A stretch of DNA of 58,689 nt from Bdellovibrionota bacterium FG-2 (GCA_051382305.1 JBBCAV010000151.1:1-58689), one strand, 5' to 3'. Numbered from the stretch's first letter, positions 35,593-45,709 are shown. Numbers and translations are program-made. The notes: a model not told the origin generated them from the sequence alone.

Positions 35593-38254
35593 TTCTTTTA
35601 TTTTTCGCGCCTTTTACGCGATTCGCCCGCTGCATACGAGTGCGGGAGAGCCTACCAACGCAGTTTTTGGTGTGGCTTCTATGATGGCTAAGCTTTTTGA
35701 TGAGGCAAAACCTGAGTATTTTGCCGTCACTTTTGATTCGAAAGAACCCTCGCACAGGAAACTCGTTTACGCCGAGTACAAAGCCAACCGCACGGCGCCG
35801 CCTGATGAGTTGATCCAGCAGTTTTCGCGCATTGAGGAGTTGGTGAATGCTTTTGGCGCGCCGGGATTTCGCCGCTCTGGGGTTGAGGCCGATGATTTGA
35901 TTGCGACGCTCACTAAAAAATGGTGTGCGGCGGGGGCTGATCACGAAGTCGTGATCGTCACCGGTGATAAAGACTTGATGCAGCTCGTATCTACTCACGT
36001 AAAAGTCTGGGATACGATGGCCGGAAAAACCTATGATCCGGGAGGCGTTCAAGAGAAGTTTGGAGTACCGCCTCATTTGATCAGGGATTATCTTGCGATG
36101 GTGGGGGATTCTTCGGATAATATTCCGGGCGTGGCTGGAATCGGCCCTAAGGGGGCGTGTGAGCTTCTCAATCAATACGGAGGTCTTGAGCCGGTGCTTG
36201 CTGCTGCAGAGCAAGGGTTGATTGCGGGCAAAAAGGGCGAGACGCTGCGAACGCACGTCAAGGAGGCAAGACTCTCGCTTGAGCTTGCGACGCTGCATGA
36301 AGATTTGCCGATTGATGCGGCGGATACTGAGAGGTTAGGCTTTCAATTTAGGTTAACCCCCGAACTGCGAGAGTTTCTTCATAAAATGGAATTAGGCTCA
36401 CTGCTCAAACGGTGGGATGGGCAGGCCGCGCCGGTCGGGCCTGTGGCGCCAAAAATGGAACTTGCGAGCGACACTTTTCGTACGATCAACACCGAGGCCG
36501 CGTTTGCGGACGTTTTGCGAAATCTTGAGCGCGTAAAAGAGTTTGGCTTTGATCTTGAGACGACTTCTTTAAATCCCAGAACTGCGAAACTCGTGGGCAT
36601 CGCGCTATGCTATGACCCAGGTTTCGGGTGTTATATTCCGATTGGGCATCGGGATGCTGAAGTCCCTCAATTAACGCAGGGCCGGGTATTGTCGGCGCTT
36701 AAGCCCTTTTTGGAAAATCCTCGCTTTAAAAAGATTGGGCAAAACTTAAAGTACGACTGGAGCGTTCTCTACCAACTAGGCTTGCGTCCTGACGGAATTG
36801 GCGCAGACACCATGGTGGCGTCTTACGTCTTGGACCCTGAAGGGCGGCACAATCTCAAAGTGTTGGCGGCCAAATACTTGAACTATGAAGTATTGCCCTT
36901 TGAAGCGGTGTGCGGTGAGGGCAAAAAGCAAATAGGCTTTGATGAGGTTTCTGTCGCTGTTGCAACAAGGTACTCCGCTGAGGACGCGTGGATTGCACTG
37001 AAGTTGTGGCACGAGTTGAAGGGAAGGTTGCAAGCTGAGGGCGCGATGGAGGTATTTGCTAAAATCGATTTGCCCTTAGTGGATATTTTGGCGCGCATGG
37101 AATCTCAGGGCGTTTGCATTGATAAAGCTTGGCTTGCGCAGCTCTCTTGCGAGTTTGGGGCAGAGCTAAAACTGATTGAAGAAAAGGTCGCGGCATTTAC
37201 GCGGGAGCCCGTGAATTTGAATTCGCCCAAACAGCTGGCCAAGCTTCTATTTGAAGATTTGTGCCTGCCGGCGCAAACGAAGACGAAAACTGGGCTTTCG
37301 ACCGATGCGTCGGTCTTGGAGGCCTTGGCGCCGCTGCATGAAGTGCCTTGTTTGCTGCTCGAATATCGGGAGATTGCGAAGCTCAAGGGGACTTATGTCG
37401 ATCCTTTGCCCGAACTTTTTGATCCGGTGACGGGCAAGATTCACGCAAGTTTTCATCAGGCCGTGACGGCGACGGGCAGGCTCTCAAGCTCGGATCCTAA
37501 TCTTCAAAATATTCCGGTGCGCTCCGAGCGTGGGCTAAAGATTAGGCGTGGGTTTGTGGCGTCTCCTGGAAACGTTTTAGTCTCCGCAGATTATTCGCAA
37601 ATTGAGCTTAGGATTTTGGCGCATATGAGTGGGGATATCGAGCTTTCTCGTTCTTTTCAAAAAGATGAGGACGTGCACAAGCGTACGGCCGGAGAGATTT
37701 ATGGAATTCCCCTGGATCAAGTCACTGATCACCAACGCTCCATTGCCAAAGCGATTAACTTCGGTTTGATGTATGGCAAAACGGCGTTTGGATTGGCGCA
37801 GGAACTTAAAATCTCGCGTCGTGAGGCGCAAGAGACGATTGATCGATATTTTGTGCGCTATGAAGGAGTGAAAGTATTCTTGGGGGGGCTTATCTCGGAC
37901 GCCAAGGAGCGCGGATATACCCAAACGCTTTTTGGGCGCAGACGAAAATTGCCGGATCTGCTCTCAAAAAATGGGGCCGTGCGCGCGAATGCCGAGCGCA
38001 TGGCCATGAACACGCCGATCCAGGGCACGGCGGCGGATCTGATGAAACTTGCGATGATTGAGCTTGATCATAGGCTTGTGGGTTTTCGATCGCGATTGAT
38101 TGTGCAGGTTCACGATGAGGTGTTGCTGGATTGTCCGCGAGAGGAAGCAGAAGTAGTGCGGAAACTTGTGTGCGAAGTCATGGAGAATGTCGTGACGTTG
38201 TCGGTGCCGTTACGCGTGAATTCATCGCAGGGCGTGAATTGGATGGAGTTGTGA
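35549..38254 (+). CDS. polA: DNA polymerase I (5'-3' exo, intact 3'-5' exo motif, polymerase)
   Basis: FRAFYA, YKANR, EADD, GDSSDNIPGV, FDLET, TGRLSSSDPNLQNIP, DYSQIELR, KAINFGLMYG, VHDE. Confidence 0.98.
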   Translation: MPQKNIKTLYLLDISSFIFRAFYAIRPLHTSAGEPTNAVFGVASMMAKLFDEAKPEYFAVTFDSKEPSHRKLVYAEYKANRTAPPDELIQQFSRIEELVNAFGAPGFRRSGVEADDLIATLTKKWCAAGADHEVVIVTGDKDLMQLVSTHVKVWDTMAGKTYDPGGVQEKFGVPPHLIRDYLAMVGDSSDNIPGVAGIGPKGACELLNQYGGLEPVLAAAEQGLIAGKKGETLRTHVKEARLSLELATLHEDLPIDAADTERLGFQFRLTPELREFLHKMELGSLLKRWDGQAAPVGPVAPKMELASDTFRTINTEAAFADVLRNLERVKEFGFDLETTSLNPRTAKLVGIALCYDPGFGCYIPIGHRDAEVPQLTQGRVLSALKPFLENPRFKKIGQNLKYDWSVLYQLGLRPDGIGADTMVASYVLDPEGRHNLKVLAAKYLNYEVLPFEAVCGEGKKQIGFDEVSVAVATRYSAEDAWIALKLWHELKGRLQAEGAMEVFAKIDLPLVDILARMESQGVCIDKAWLAQLSCEFGAELKLIEEKVAAFTREPVNLNSPKQLAKLLFEDLCLPAQTKTKTGLSTDASVLEALAPLHEVPCLLLEYREIAKLKGTYVDPLPELFDPVTGKIHASFHQAVTATGRLSSSDPNLQNIPVRSERGLKIRRGFVASPGNVLVSADYSQIELRILAHMSGDIELSRSFQKDEDVHKRTAGEIYGIPLDQVTDHQRSIAKAINFGLMYGKTAFGLAQELKISRREAQETIDRYFVRYEGVKVFLGGLISDAKERGYTQTLFGRRRKLPDLLSKNGAVRANAERMAMNTPIQGTAADLMKLAMIELDHRLVGFRSRLIVQVHDEVLLDCPREEAEVVRKLVCEVMENVVTLSVPLRVNSSQGVNWMEL

Positions 38255-38266
38255 GGGGCTGTCTGT

Positions 38267-38743
38267 TTAGCGCTCTTTGCGGCTTTTCTCAAGCGTTTGC
38301 AATGCATGGTTAACCGAAACAGGGATATCCTGGAAAAAATCGGTTTTTCTAAAACCCAGTAACCTAATTCTCCCACCTATTGAGATTGAATCGAAATAAC
38401 CGCGAAGCCCTGCCATGGGGCCCGCAATCTTATGAGAGATATACAGAGTCCATGATACCGAAGTGAATAAGCCCACACCCAAGCAAATGAGCAGGTAGTG
38501 CAACACGAGCGGAGATTGGCGTTTGATAAACTCAAAGTAAGGATCCGACTCAGGGAGTTTTGCGGCAATTCCTTGGTTGATCAGCTCTGAAAAGGCGAGG
38601 TTCACGCCGCCATAGATTCCTACGCATATCAAAACCATCACTATGAAGTTCTGGCCGATTAGTGTGAGCTGAAACTTCGGATAGAGAAGCTTTATACTTT
38701 TTCTAAATTGCGGTGGAGTAGAACGAACATTAGGATTTGCCAT
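38267..38743 (-). CDS. Two-TM membrane protein with HAMP-like tail
   Basis: PKFQ..., two hydrophobic helices, SHKIAGP...FRKTDFFQD...N; 1 nt after the stop of the 622-aa gene. Confidence 0.7.
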   Translation of the reverse strand: MANPNVRSTPPQFRKSIKLLYPKFQLTLIGQNFIVMVLICVGIYGGVNLAFSELINQGIAAKLPESDPYFEFIKRQSPLVLHYLLICLGVGLFTSVSWTLYISHKIAGPMAGLRGYFDSISIGGRIRLLGFRKTDFFQDIPVSVNHALQTLEKSRKER

Positions 38744-38744
38744 T

Positions 38745-40613
38745 TTACAAATCCACTTCCCCGCGCCAAGGATTTAGGGCATCCCGGCCATCTAAAATAA
38801 TGCGTTTGCGCAAATAAGGATTCGTGAGCATCACCATGCCACTGCCATCGGCTTGAATGTAATCGCCCTGCGCAAAAGGCCAATGCGCTTCGTATAAGTC
38901 CATTTTCTGGTTGTTCCAGGCGTGAATTCCAAAGTCGTAAGCGACAGAAGGCAAGGGTTCAAACACGACGGGCACACCCTGGGAGGTGGTATAAGTGTTG
39001 TTCTCGCTAGGCTTAAAACGTGCTGCCCCGTTTTTCGCCAAAACGCGTTTCTTAAATTCGGCAAAATCAACGCCAGGCGAAGGCTCTGCCGCTTCAAAGA
39101 ATCCGAAGTTCTCAGCCACTTTTTTGCAATCCCACATCGTACAGGGGGCCGCGTAAGCCGCCACAAAAAAACCATACTGAAGCGGGCAATCGCTTGCAGT
39201 AAAATTGACAAACGTCCAAGCGCCCACTGTCTCGCGACACGTTGCGGGGATATTGCGCGGAATCACGAGATTCACGCCGCATGCAAACCCTGGCGCGACA
39301 CAAAGGTTGTGCCTTGCGGTTAAGCGCAGGCCTTCAATGCGAATCATCTGATCGCGGGAGACCCCTTCACGTGCCGGAATTAAAGTCGTGGGCACGGCCC
39401 AGGAGCTGAGTTGCTTGGTGAAAAAATCCCACTCACTTTTGTATTTTCCGCCCGCACTAATGAGAAACGATGGGGAGCCTGAATAGGCTTCAAAGGCTTT
39501 GTGATGAAAGCGCTGAAAGAAGACTCGCCCCGGCTCTTCGTCGCGTACGATGAGATCCAAAATCATGTCAGGGACACGGTAAGTTCCAAGGGCTTGCGCA
39601 ATGAGGGTCCAGGTATCGAGGCTATAGGGGGAGTCCATTTCGCCCAAGTGCTGAATATTGCCTGCCATGAGAGCCATGCGAGTGCTCTCTTGGTCAACGC
39701 TCACGAGATTGGGCGAATCGGCATAGCTGGGCTGCCTTTGAAACGGAACGCTTCTTCTTAAGCTTTTTGAGGTGGCCGCAAACTTGGCATCTAGATAATT
39801 GAGCACCATCTCGGCCATGAGTTTGACTTTGGGATTTTGAGAATGCTCAAAGAGGGTGCTTAGCGCCGAGATCGAGAGTTTTTGATAAGGACGTGAATTG
39901 AATTCATCAAAATCGCGCTTTAAGAAATTTTGCATGAAGCGGAGCAGCGCCGCGCTCATGCCATTCTTGTCATTGTCAAAATAGGCGTCGTATTTGCCTT
40001 GGGCTTTAAGCTCATTGAGTCGTATTTGGTTGGTAAGAAATCGCGAGCTTTCGGTGAGGAGAATGTGGTTTTCGGTTTCGTTCCATTTTATAAAACCCAC
40101 ATAGCGCCTTGAGGTCGTGAACTTGTTGCCCGTTTCCGTCATGAGTTGATAGACGATCTTCTGCCGGGCCTCGGGCCAAAGTAAATCAGGCCTGTTCGCA
40201 AAATGAAAAACCAGTTCTTCAAGCCCACGCAGGGCGAAGTCGTAATCCCCGTTTCGCTCAAAAAGTTTGCCTAGGTCATGAAAATCGCTGCCCACAAGCG
40301 CGTAGACAAAGGAGCGGGGATCTAAGATGGATTGATTGATCAGTTCAATGTCTTGGCCCAGATGTAATCTCGCTAAAGAGATGACCGTAAAGTGTCGACC
40401 GTTGGTTCCAAAAAAACCAAGCTCTATACCGGCATAGTCACGAATAAACGCATCGGCGCGCGACTCAAAAAGGGCCTTGGATTCTTCGACCGTCCGAGCC
40501 GGTGGAATCTCTCTTAAGGGGGCGGCCTGGGACGAACGAGGTGCAACAGTAGCTCCGAGCGCAAAAGCGACGGCACAAAAACTAAGCAGATTGTGAAACT
40601 TCTCCCTCGCCAT
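38745..40613 (-). CDS. Secreted hypothetical protein (622 aa)
   Basis: Long ORF; signal peptide ending SQA; motif-like segments GDYDF, ETENH, SRFLTNQ, EFNSRPY; Cys-containing beta-rich C-half. Confidence 0.8.
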   Translation of the reverse strand: MAREKFHNLLSFCAVAFALGATVAPRSSQAAPLREIPPARTVEESKALFESRADAFIRDYAGIELGFFGTNGRHFTVISLARLHLGQDIELINQSILDPRSFVYALVGSDFHDLGKLFERNGDYDFALRGLEELVFHFANRPDLLWPEARQKIVYQLMTETGNKFTTSRRYVGFIKWNETENHILLTESSRFLTNQIRLNELKAQGKYDAYFDNDKNGMSAALLRFMQNFLKRDFDEFNSRPYQKLSISALSTLFEHSQNPKVKLMAEMVLNYLDAKFAATSKSLRRSVPFQRQPSYADSPNLVSVDQESTRMALMAGNIQHLGEMDSPYSLDTWTLIAQALGTYRVPDMILDLIVRDEEPGRVFFQRFHHKAFEAYSGSPSFLISAGGKYKSEWDFFTKQLSSWAVPTTLIPAREGVSRDQMIRIEGLRLTARHNLCVAPGFACGVNLVIPRNIPATCRETVGAWTFVNFTASDCPLQYGFFVAAYAAPCTMWDCKKVAENFGFFEAAEPSPGVDFAEFKKRVLAKNGAARFKPSENNTYTTSQGVPVVFEPLPSVAYDFGIHAWNNQKMDLYEAHWPFAQGDYIQADGSGMVMLTNPYLRKRIILDGRDALNPWRGEVDL

Positions 40614-40671
40614 AATGACTTACATTCCCCATGGGTATCTTAATAAGAGGTCCCCTGCCGCGTCCAGCTAA

Positions 40672-41202
40672 TTATGGCGTTGCTGCTATAGGCCGAAGGC
40701 CCACTTTCTTGAGGACTTCTGTACGGAACCTAAGCCAAATCTTGCGCGAGATCGCCTCGGCAAGCCGGCCTGACTCTGGAGGCAAAGGGAGCGTTTTAAC
40801 CCATTCCTGGGCGTGCTCTAGGGTTTCATGGACAAGGGTGGTGACGAGAGCGGGGTTTTTGGCATCCGCAATAAGGTGCGTCCCGAGATCTACGGAACTT
40901 TCCACAAATGCCCGGTAGTGAGGGTACGCCCAAAGGTGAAACTCAAGAACGGGAGATAGATGAAGCTCCCGAACGGTTTGCTCAAGCAAAACAAAAGGGG
41001 ATTCGTAGCTGGGGGAAACTTCGTGGTGCAAAGACTGCAACGACAGGTACTGGCTCACTTCGGCAGCCGTGGGTGGGCGATCCAGCTCTCCAGCCTGTTC
41101 CAGGACTTCAAATAAAACGTCTTCTTGCAGAAAAGCCGCAAGCTCAAGGAGGATCTGGCCGTGAGAGCGAAGGATGAAGCTTAGAAAATCAACGACTCTC
41201 AC
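40672..41202 (-). CDS. Hypothetical helical protein (~176 aa)
   Basis: Start reassigned to the GTG 7 nt after the upstream stop, removing the overlap. Confidence 0.65.
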   Translation of the reverse strand: MRVVDFLSFILRSHGQILLELAAFLQEDVLFEVLEQAGELDRPPTAAEVSQYLSLQSLHHEVSPSYESPFVLLEQTVRELHLSPVLEFHLWAYPHYRAFVESSVDLGTHLIADAKNPALVTTLVHETLEHAQEWVKTLPLPPESGRLAEAISRKIWLRFRTEVLKKVGLRPIAATP

Positions 41203-41209
41203 AGGATTC

Positions 41210-41746
41210 TCACCGCCGTTTATTGGAGCGCAACACGGGGTTGCGACTCGCTGGGAAACTGGATTGAATGGATTGAGGCTTGATCGTCGCATCAATCTGT
41301 TCGGGTTGAATGATGCGAAATCCCTCGTCTTGAACATTTGGAACATTTTTTACGGGCGCGGCGGCGGCTTTGGATTTTGGAGGCCCCGGTGATTTTCGAC
41401 CTTGAGTGATTCTCAGAAGCGCTTCGATGAGTTTAGGGTCTTGAAGTGCGCCTTTGTACTCGGGGCGTGAGGTTGAAAACATGGGTTTGGTCTCAATGAT
41501 TCTGCTAACGGCCTTGGCGGGAGATGCTGCCGCCTGAGGTGTCGGCGAAGGCGTCGGTGCTGCTAGAAGCGCCTTGGGCGCAATGTTTGCCAAACTTTGA
41601 GTGGTGATTTCGGCGAGTCCATTAAGCAAATCCAGGGCCTCTGTGATTTTTTCATAAGGCTTACGGGTGGGGGGCTCAAACTTCTTTGAGCGCTCCACGC
41701 ACCAGGCCGCAAGATCTGAAAGTGAGGGTTTTAGTGGCACGCCCAA
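41210..41746 (-). CDS. Hypothetical Pro/Ala/Lys-rich protein (~178 aa)
   Basis: TTG start 7 nt after AGGAG; fills the gap in a co-directional run. Confidence 0.6.
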   Translation of the reverse strand: MGVPLKPSLSDLAAWCVERSKKFEPPTRKPYEKITEALDLLNGLAEITTQSLANIAPKALLAAPTPSPTPQAAASPAKAVSRIIETKPMFSTSRPEYKGALQDPKLIEALLRITQGRKSPGPPKSKAAAAPVKNVPNVQDEGFRIIQPEQIDATIKPQSIQSSFPASRNPVLRSNKRR

Positions 41747-42150
41747 AGCGGGACTCCTTTGAGCAAGGGCTCTGAAGGGTTTCCAAAATCGGCTTTTGAA
41801 ATTCCGATTTTTGGTAAGGCCAGACTCACAAGATTCTTTCGTAAAATTTCTAGAGATGCGGGCGATGGAACGCTGCGCGTACCTGAGCTTTTTGTGCTCC
41901 CACATCCGAGAAAAATCAGATGGGTCACTTGCCCGTGCTTTTCGAAGGGAATGTAGATGCATTCGCCTTCGCGCCCACTCATGGCGCCGGCACGAAGGTA
42001 ACTGGAAAGTGCACCATGAAATCGCCAATCCAAGAGACCGGCCAAGCCAAAGAGTGGCCGTTCGTTTTGGTAGAGGGTCGCAACGAGTCCATCGATCGCG
42101 TGGTTTTCTAGCGCTGTGATGGGATCGAGTTCGATTGACATCTCTGTCAT
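41731..42150 (-). CDS. Stand-alone peptidase M17 (PepA) N-terminal-like domain protein
   Basis: ERPLFGLAGLLDWR..GALS......SGREGE....P.......LIFLGCG; no catalytic M17 domain; SD GGAGG. Confidence 0.7.
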   Translation of the reverse strand: MTEMSIELDPITALENHAIDGLVATLYQNERPLFGLAGLLDWRFHGALSSYLRAGAMSGREGECIYIPFEKHGQVTHLIFLGCGSTKSSGTRSVPSPASLEILRKNLVSLALPKIGISKADFGNPSEPLLKGVPLWACH

Positions 42151-42239
42151 AATTGGGAAACACCCCTCCTAAAGAGATTCTATATGAGTAAGGGTGCCCT
42201 TCGCAAGGGCTGGCGCAAGTGGCTGTCGTAGGGTCAGTG

Positions 42240-42689
42240 TCAGTGGTCTGACGCTGGAGCGGGCTGAATCTCCCGTGCGCCTTTGATGGCGTCTAAGACT
42301 CCGTTGACGAAGGCGGGCGAATCGGCCGTCCCAAATTGCTTCGCAAGCTCAACGGCTTCATCAATGACAACGGAAATCGGTGTATCCGACACTTGAGTCA
42401 TCTCAAAGACCGCCATTCGAAGCAGCGAGCGATCGACGTGCGCCAGCCTGGAGAGCCTCCAATTGGCCATGTGCTTTTCCAGAAGGCCATCTAAGATCGA
42501 CATGGAACCCAAGGTGCCTTCGACGAGCAGGGCCACGAAGGGCTGTAGATTTTCCGAGACATGGAAATGCCCAAAATGTCCTTCAAGTTCGGTTTTCAAG
42601 GCTGCACTTGTTGTGGGATGCGCACCTGCGATGTCGTAGCGGTAAAGGATTTGAAGGGCGATTTCACGCGCTAGGTGTCTGGATTTCAT
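42240..42689 (-). CDS. nusB: Transcription antitermination factor NusB
   Basis: RHLAREIALQILY, NWRLSRL..VDRSLLR, VVIDEAVELAKQFG...SPAFVNGVLD. Confidence 0.97.
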   Translation of the reverse strand: MKSRHLAREIALQILYRYDIAGAHPTTSAALKTELEGHFGHFHVSENLQPFVALLVEGTLGSMSILDGLLEKHMANWRLSRLAHVDRSLLRMAVFEMTQVSDTPISVVIDEAVELAKQFGTADSPAFVNGVLDAIKGAREIQPAPASDH

Positions 42690-43246
42690 AATGCTTTGGG
42701 TGCCTCGGGGGTGGAGGACTCTACTTTAGATTCTTCTTTGGCGTCTTTAATGAATGGGAATCTCAAATTTTCTGCATCTTCTTCAACGATCAGTAATTCG
42801 CCTTGAGAACCCCTGAGTTCCGCGACAAAATCTTCGACATCTCTAAACTCACGATAAACGGAAGCAAAGCGAATATAGGCCACTTTATCGAGACGATGCA
42901 GTTCCTTCATGACCACTTGGCCAAGGGCCCGGGAGGGGATTTCTTTTAAGCCCATGGCTTGGATCTTTCGTGCAAGGTCTTGAATGATTTGTTCCATTTG
43001 GGCGATCGCGATTTCGCGTTTCTGACAGGCTTTTTGGATCCCGTCTAGAATTTTTCTGGAATTGAAAGCCTCTCTTCGTCCGTCTTTCTTGATCACCGCG
43101 GGCATGACTTCTTCGATGCGCTCATAGGTCGTAAGTCTTCCACCGCAATGGAGGCACTCACGTCTGCGTCGTGTAATCTCGCCGGTTTGATTGAGGCGGG
43201 AGTCAATGACGCGGGTGTTGAAGGTAGCACAAAAGGGGCATTTCAT
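42686..43246 (-). CDS. nrdR: Transcriptional repressor NrdR
   Basis: MKCPFC, VIDSR, RRRRECLHC, ATP-cone VIKKDGRRE, DKVAYIRFASVYREF. Confidence 0.97.
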   Translation of the reverse strand: MKCPFCATFNTRVIDSRLNQTGEITRRRRECLHCGGRLTTYERIEEVMPAVIKKDGRREAFNSRKILDGIQKACQKREIAIAQMEQIIQDLARKIQAMGLKEIPSRALGQVVMKELHRLDKVAYIRFASVYREFRDVEDFVAELRGSQGELLIVEEDAENLRFPFIKDAKEESKVESSTPEAPKAL

Positions 43247-43284
43247 GGTTTGAGCAGTGTATTACCTGATTGAGGGGGGAAAAA

Positions 43285-44625
43285 CTAACGGATTTTTTCC
43301 GCCGCCAAAACCATTTTTTCGAGTTCAAGGGTGCGAGGGTCTAAGGGGGCTAAGTCCTTAGAATAATGGTACATGTTTGCGATAAGGTTATTCATAACAT
43401 CCCGAGGAGCACTCTCGTTTTTCTGCAGTTGAAGGTAGGCCGTCCCCCCTAAGTGAAAATAGGAATCCAAAACCTTGCCATCGACGCTGATTTTTGAGGC
43501 GAGCAGCGCTTGGGCATGGGTTAAAACCTCTACTTGAGAGTTCTTCGCATTTATTTTGGCAAGCTGATCATTGACCCATGCTTGGGAGGTTTTGAGCGCT
43601 TCTCGCAGCTCAAGGGTTGAAAGCGCCGCTTGAAAAGTCTGCCAAGCGGTCGCGCCGTCAGCTGAGTGGGGGCGCTCGAGGATTACGGTTTGATGAATTC
43701 CATGTGGGGTGATGAAGCAGAAACGGTCTTGATAGGTTTCTTCATAGCCATAGCCCTTTGGTTTTTCAGAATGGAGATAGAAACCTTGGGCTTGGGAAGG
43801 AAGGTTGAACCAGCGAAATTCGGTAACTTTCATTCCGAGCGCGCGGATTTCGCCTAAATGTCGCGCCAGCACGTCTTGCTTTTTCGTGAGGCAAGAAAGA
43901 TCTTGCGAAACATCTTTAAGGTCAAGCAGTGAAATCCAGGATTTCGCAAAACAATCTTTCAGCGCCTCCAGGGGCCACGGGGCGTTTGGAGTCTTGGGAC
44001 CTTCGAAAATAACGCGAATGCGAGGCGCCCCTGGCGCGTCCCATCTCGCAACGATATGACCTACGAAATGCGCCGGCGGCCCCTTCTCATAGGGGATGGA
44101 GTAATAAATGGGCTGGTTGCCAAAGCTCAGGGGCCAGAGGGCTTGAGTGTAGAAGAAGGGCAGATTTTGGGCATTTGCTGCACCTTCGCGGCTCAGATGG
44201 GGTTGCCAAGGCTGAGCTTTCTGCCACAGCGGGTGAGCCAGGAGCGTGAATTGGGTGAGGGCCAGTAGGACTAGGCCGCTTAAAAGTGTTGCGCCCCCTC
44301 TAAAGAGAATCACAAAACCCAAAGACTCGCTTTTTTGGAACTGGCCATTAGTTTTTTTGAGTCCCCAAATGCGTCGCCCGGGAGAAGCTCGTCTCACCCC
44401 GAAAAAGATGAGGATAAAGGTCAAAATCCAGGAGAATTTTGGAATCCCCGTGAAGCCCCCCAAAGACTCACCTAGGGTCAGCGCCGCAACTCCCACAGCG
44501 ATCGCCAAAATTCCATCAACGATCAGGGCGCCGAGTCTGCGTCCCTGGGACGCAGGAAGGTGATAGGTCGAAACCCCGCGAATCAGGTTTTGGGGGTTTT
44601 CGTCTGGAGAAGCTAGCCACGTCAT
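43285..44625 (-). CDS. Membrane protein with N-terminal RDD-like region and large extracytoplasmic domain
   Basis: RRLGALIVDG...SPGRRIWGL, three hydrophobic segments, then about 300 aa soluble; start may be 44625 or 44655. Confidence 0.7.
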   Translation of the reverse strand: MTWLASPDENPQNLIRGVSTYHLPASQGRRLGALIVDGILAIAVGVAALTLGESLGGFTGIPKFSWILTFILIFFGVRRASPGRRIWGLKKTNGQFQKSESLGFVILFRGGATLLSGLVLLALTQFTLLAHPLWQKAQPWQPHLSREGAANAQNLPFFYTQALWPLSFGNQPIYYSIPYEKGPPAHFVGHIVARWDAPGAPRIRVIFEGPKTPNAPWPLEALKDCFAKSWISLLDLKDVSQDLSCLTKKQDVLARHLGEIRALGMKVTEFRWFNLPSQAQGFYLHSEKPKGYGYEETYQDRFCFITPHGIHQTVILERPHSADGATAWQTFQAALSTLELREALKTSQAWVNDQLAKINAKNSQVEVLTHAQALLASKISVDGKVLDSYFHLGGTAYLQLQKNESAPRDVMNNLIANMYHYSKDLAPLDPRTLELEKMVLAAEKIR

Positions 44626-44675
44626 AGGATTGAGGTTACACTTTAAGTAAGACACGTCTCAAGAGGAGTTTTTTT

Positions 44676-44909
44676 ATGATTCATGTGAGTCGGCTTGGAG
44701 GACAACCGTTTGTCGTCAACTGTGAGATGATCAAGTATATCGAGGCTACTCCTGATACGCTTTTGACTCTCGTGACGGGCGATAAAATTATGGTGCGAGA
44801 GAGTGTCCAAGAAGTGATTGAAAAAAGCGTAGAATATCGGAAAAAACTATTTGAAGTACTGCCCCTGAGTTCAGGGGGGCCTCCCGCAAGTAAACCTGCG
44901 GGCAACTAA
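44676..44909 (+). CDS. flbD: Flagellar FlbD family protein
   Basis: MIHVSRLGG..FVVN...I..IEATPDTLLTL..G.K..VRES..EV; SD GAGGAG. Confidence 0.93.
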   Translation: MIHVSRLGGQPFVVNCEMIKYIEATPDTLLTLVTGDKIMVRESVQEVIEKSVEYRKKLFEVLPLSSGGPPASKPAGN

Positions 44910-44923
44910 GGAGCAAGTGAAAC

Positions 44924-45709
44924 ATGGATGTCGCTGCAGTCGTCGGTAGTTTTCTGGGGTTATTGGCCATCGTCGGGGGACAGCTTCTCGAAGGCGGCCA
45001 TATTGGACAAATCATGCAGGGGACAGCCGCGATTATCGTCGTTGGGGGAACTTTGGGCGCGATGCTTGTTGCTTATCCTACCGAAGACATTGTGCGCGCG
45101 GTTCAGATGATTCCCGTGATTTATAAGAAGGTGGATACTGATTACCGGCCCGTGATTGAAGAAATTGTGCGGATCGCAACGATTGCCCGTAAAGAAGGGG
45201 TGTTGGCGGTGGAGGGGCAAAAAGATACGATTACGAACCCGATGTTCAAGCGCTCCATCAAGTTTGTCATTGATGGCTTTGAACCTGCTACGGTCAAGGA
45301 GATCTTGGAGACGGAGAACTATATCCAATTTGAAGAAGAAGAAACGGCCGGCAAGGTATTTGAAGGTGCCGGAGGCTTTGCTCCTACGATTGGGATCATC
45401 GGAGCTGTCTTGGGTCTGATTCACGTCATGTCGATGCTTAACGACCCCTCAAAAATCGGAGATGGGATCGCTGTGGCCTTCGTGGCGACGGTTTACGGGG
45501 TCGGGTTATCTAACTTGATCTTAATTCCTTGGGGCACCAAACTTAAGCGTAAAGCGCAGCAGCGGATGATGGTCAAAGAAGTCATTAGATTAGGCGTGAC
45601 GGGAATTCAAGAAGGGCTTAATCCGCACTTCTTAAAAGAGAAACTCGAAGTGTTCCTCGAAGAACACTTAAGAGGGGTGGGGCATGGCGGCGGGGGCACT
45701 CAAGAGTGA
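44924..45709 (+). CDS. motA: Flagellar stator MotA
   Basis: AAIIVVGGT, ARKEGVLAVE, GGFAPTIGIIGAVLGLI, IAVAFVATVYG, IQEGLNP. Confidence 0.95.
   Translation: MDVAAVVGSFLGLLAIVGGQLLEGGHIGQIMQGTAAIIVVGGTLGAMLVAYPTEDIVRAVQMIPVIYKKVDTDYRPVIEEIVRIATIARKEGVLAVEGQKDTITNPMFKRSIKFVIDGFEPATVKEILETENYIQFEEEETAGKVFEGAGGFAPTIGIIGAVLGLIHVMSMLNDPSKIGDGIAVAFVATVYGVGLSNLILIPWGTKLKRKAQQRMMVKEVIRLGVTGIQEGLNPHFLKEKLEVFLEEHLRGVGHGGGGTQE

Noticed and set aside
35480-36298. 272-aa minus-strand ORF
   Set aside because: Antisense shadow of polA with no recognisable motifs
41747-42163. N-terminal 139 codons of the 317-aa ORF 41210-42163
   Set aside because: Overlaps the M17 N-domain gene in another frame; a better start with SD exists at 41746
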